Shown: piece by piece, positions 62,780 to 64,000 of the stretch | Position numbering within the stretch: the stretch's first letter is position 1 | Layout: each line of letters starts with the position of its first letter | Origin: Octopus bimaculoides | Lineage: Eukaryota | Assembly (NCBI RefSeq): GCF_001194135.2 | Contig: NC_068994.1 | Span: 51,863,969 to 51,927,968, forward strand | DNA: 64,000 bases | Direction: 5' to 3' | Notes under the pieces: model-generated | Database searches by the model: none | What the model saw: the letters and a program-made list of their open reading frames with translations, nothing else | What the model was told of the DNA's origin: nothing | Made by a program: the position numbers and the translations under genes

Positions 62780-63230
62780 GAAGAAGATATTCTTTTCTAC
62801 TCTAGGCACAAGGCCGGACATTTTTGGGAAGGGGGCCAGTCGATTAGATCGACCCAAGTACGCAACTGATACTTAATTTATCGACCCCGAAAGGATGAAA
62901 GGCAAAGTCGACCTCGGCGGAATTTAAACTCAGAACTTGAAGACAGACAAAATATCGCCCAACATTTCACCCGATGTGCTAACGATTCTACCCACACGCC
63001 GCCTTAATTATTGGTTTCAAATTTTGGCACAAGGCCAGCAATGTTGGAGCAGGGGTTAAGTCAATGACATCGACCCTTATACTCAAGTGGTACTTTTTTT
63101 TATCGACCCCGAAAGGATAAAAGGTAAATTCGACTCTGGCGGAATTTGAACTTAAAACGTAAGTACGGATGAAATGCTGCTAAGCATTTCGTCCGGCGTG
63201 CCAACGATTCTGCCAGTACACTGCCTTAAA
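62780..63230 (-). mobile_element. Two tandem family A SINEs
   Basis: Two consecutive reverse-complement copies (about 62780-63005 and 63010-63230). Confidence 0.85.
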
Positions 63231-63370
63231 GGTATTGATTATTAAGATTTAGTTTAACTTGGGGAAGAGAGAAGGACTGCGACTGTATATTGGTGAATTG
63301 AAAAAAAAAGAAATTACCGAAATTATCGAGAAGCTGAAAATTTATTTTACACTGACGGATATATATATAT

Positions 63371-63783
63371 AGGCGTAGGAGTGACTGTGGTAAGTAGCTT
63401 GCTTACGAACCGCATGGTTCCGGGTTCAGTCCCACTGCGTGGCACCTTGGGCAAATGTCTTCTACTATAGCTTCGGGCCGACCAAAGCCTTGTGAGTGGA
63501 TTTGGTAGACGGAAACCGAAAAAAAGCCCGTGGTATATATGTATATGTGTGTGTGTGTGTATGTTTGTGTGTCTGTGTTTGTCCCTCCCTCCAACATCGC
63601 TAGACAATCGATGCTAGTGTGTTTATGTCTCCGTAACTTAGCGGTTCGGCAAAATAGGCTGATAGAATAAGTACTAGGCTTACAAAGAGTAAGTCCTGGG
63701 GTCGATTAGCTCGACTAATGGCGGTGCTCCAGCATGGTCACAGTCAAATGACTGAAACAAGTAAAAGAGTAAAGAGTAAGAGT
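63371..63783 (+). mobile_element. tRNA-derived SINE, family B, full length
   Basis: Same architecture as 41188-41567; tail hairpin CAGTC-AAAT-GACTG and (AAGAGT)n end. Confidence 0.92.
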
Positions 63784-64000
63784 ATACATACATATATATA
63801 TATATGGCACGGGCGATACTACACTTTATCGTGCAGTTACTGTTAATACTTCATTTAGAGAATTAACATTGCTTGTTTTCACCTTTTCGATATCAGTGAA
63901 GAATTTCACTGGAAAAGTAGATATAAGATTGCCAGGTTTTTGTCTCTCTCACCAAGGTCAGCAGCTATCGAACGCCGACGAAGGGAAATAACCCTGAAAT

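Overview
AT-rich, repeat-dense animal genomic DNA with seven N-gaps. The repeat families look like Octopus (coleoid cephalopod); this is inferred, not verified. Three intron-rich housekeeping genes lie in tandem on the + strand, reconstructed by hand from GT-AG junctions with continuous reading frames. (1) SUCLG1, succinyl-CoA ligase alpha: 8 coding exons at 5413-11787; first exon not found. (2) KIF11/Eg5, kinesin-5: 26 exons from 20053; the last exon runs into a gap at 46701. (3) ERI1, a SAP + DEDDh 3'-5' exonuclease: 53826-60431; exon 1 runs into a gap. Introns and intergenic DNA hold several tRNA-derived SINE families, RTE/CR1/Penelope retroelement fragments, hAT, piggyBac-like, Tc1/mariner and pogo-like MITEs, Helentron-like elements, and mini- and microsatellites. 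The most notable unexplained structure is a tRNA-headed (Pol III) SINE whose tail carries a minimal type-I hammerhead ribozyme of the Penelope kind. It occurs as inverted head-to-head units in KIF11 introns, and its core is intact only in the antisense copy (46083-46128). Other highlights are a compensatory-mutated 3' stem-loop shared by a CR1 LINE and a SINE family, a CCAAT+CHR G2/M-type promoter at KIF11, several long hairpins, and a unique CpG-retaining 2-kb region after ERI1 that may hide an unannotated transcript. No CRISPR, rRNA or bona fide tRNA gene is supported.
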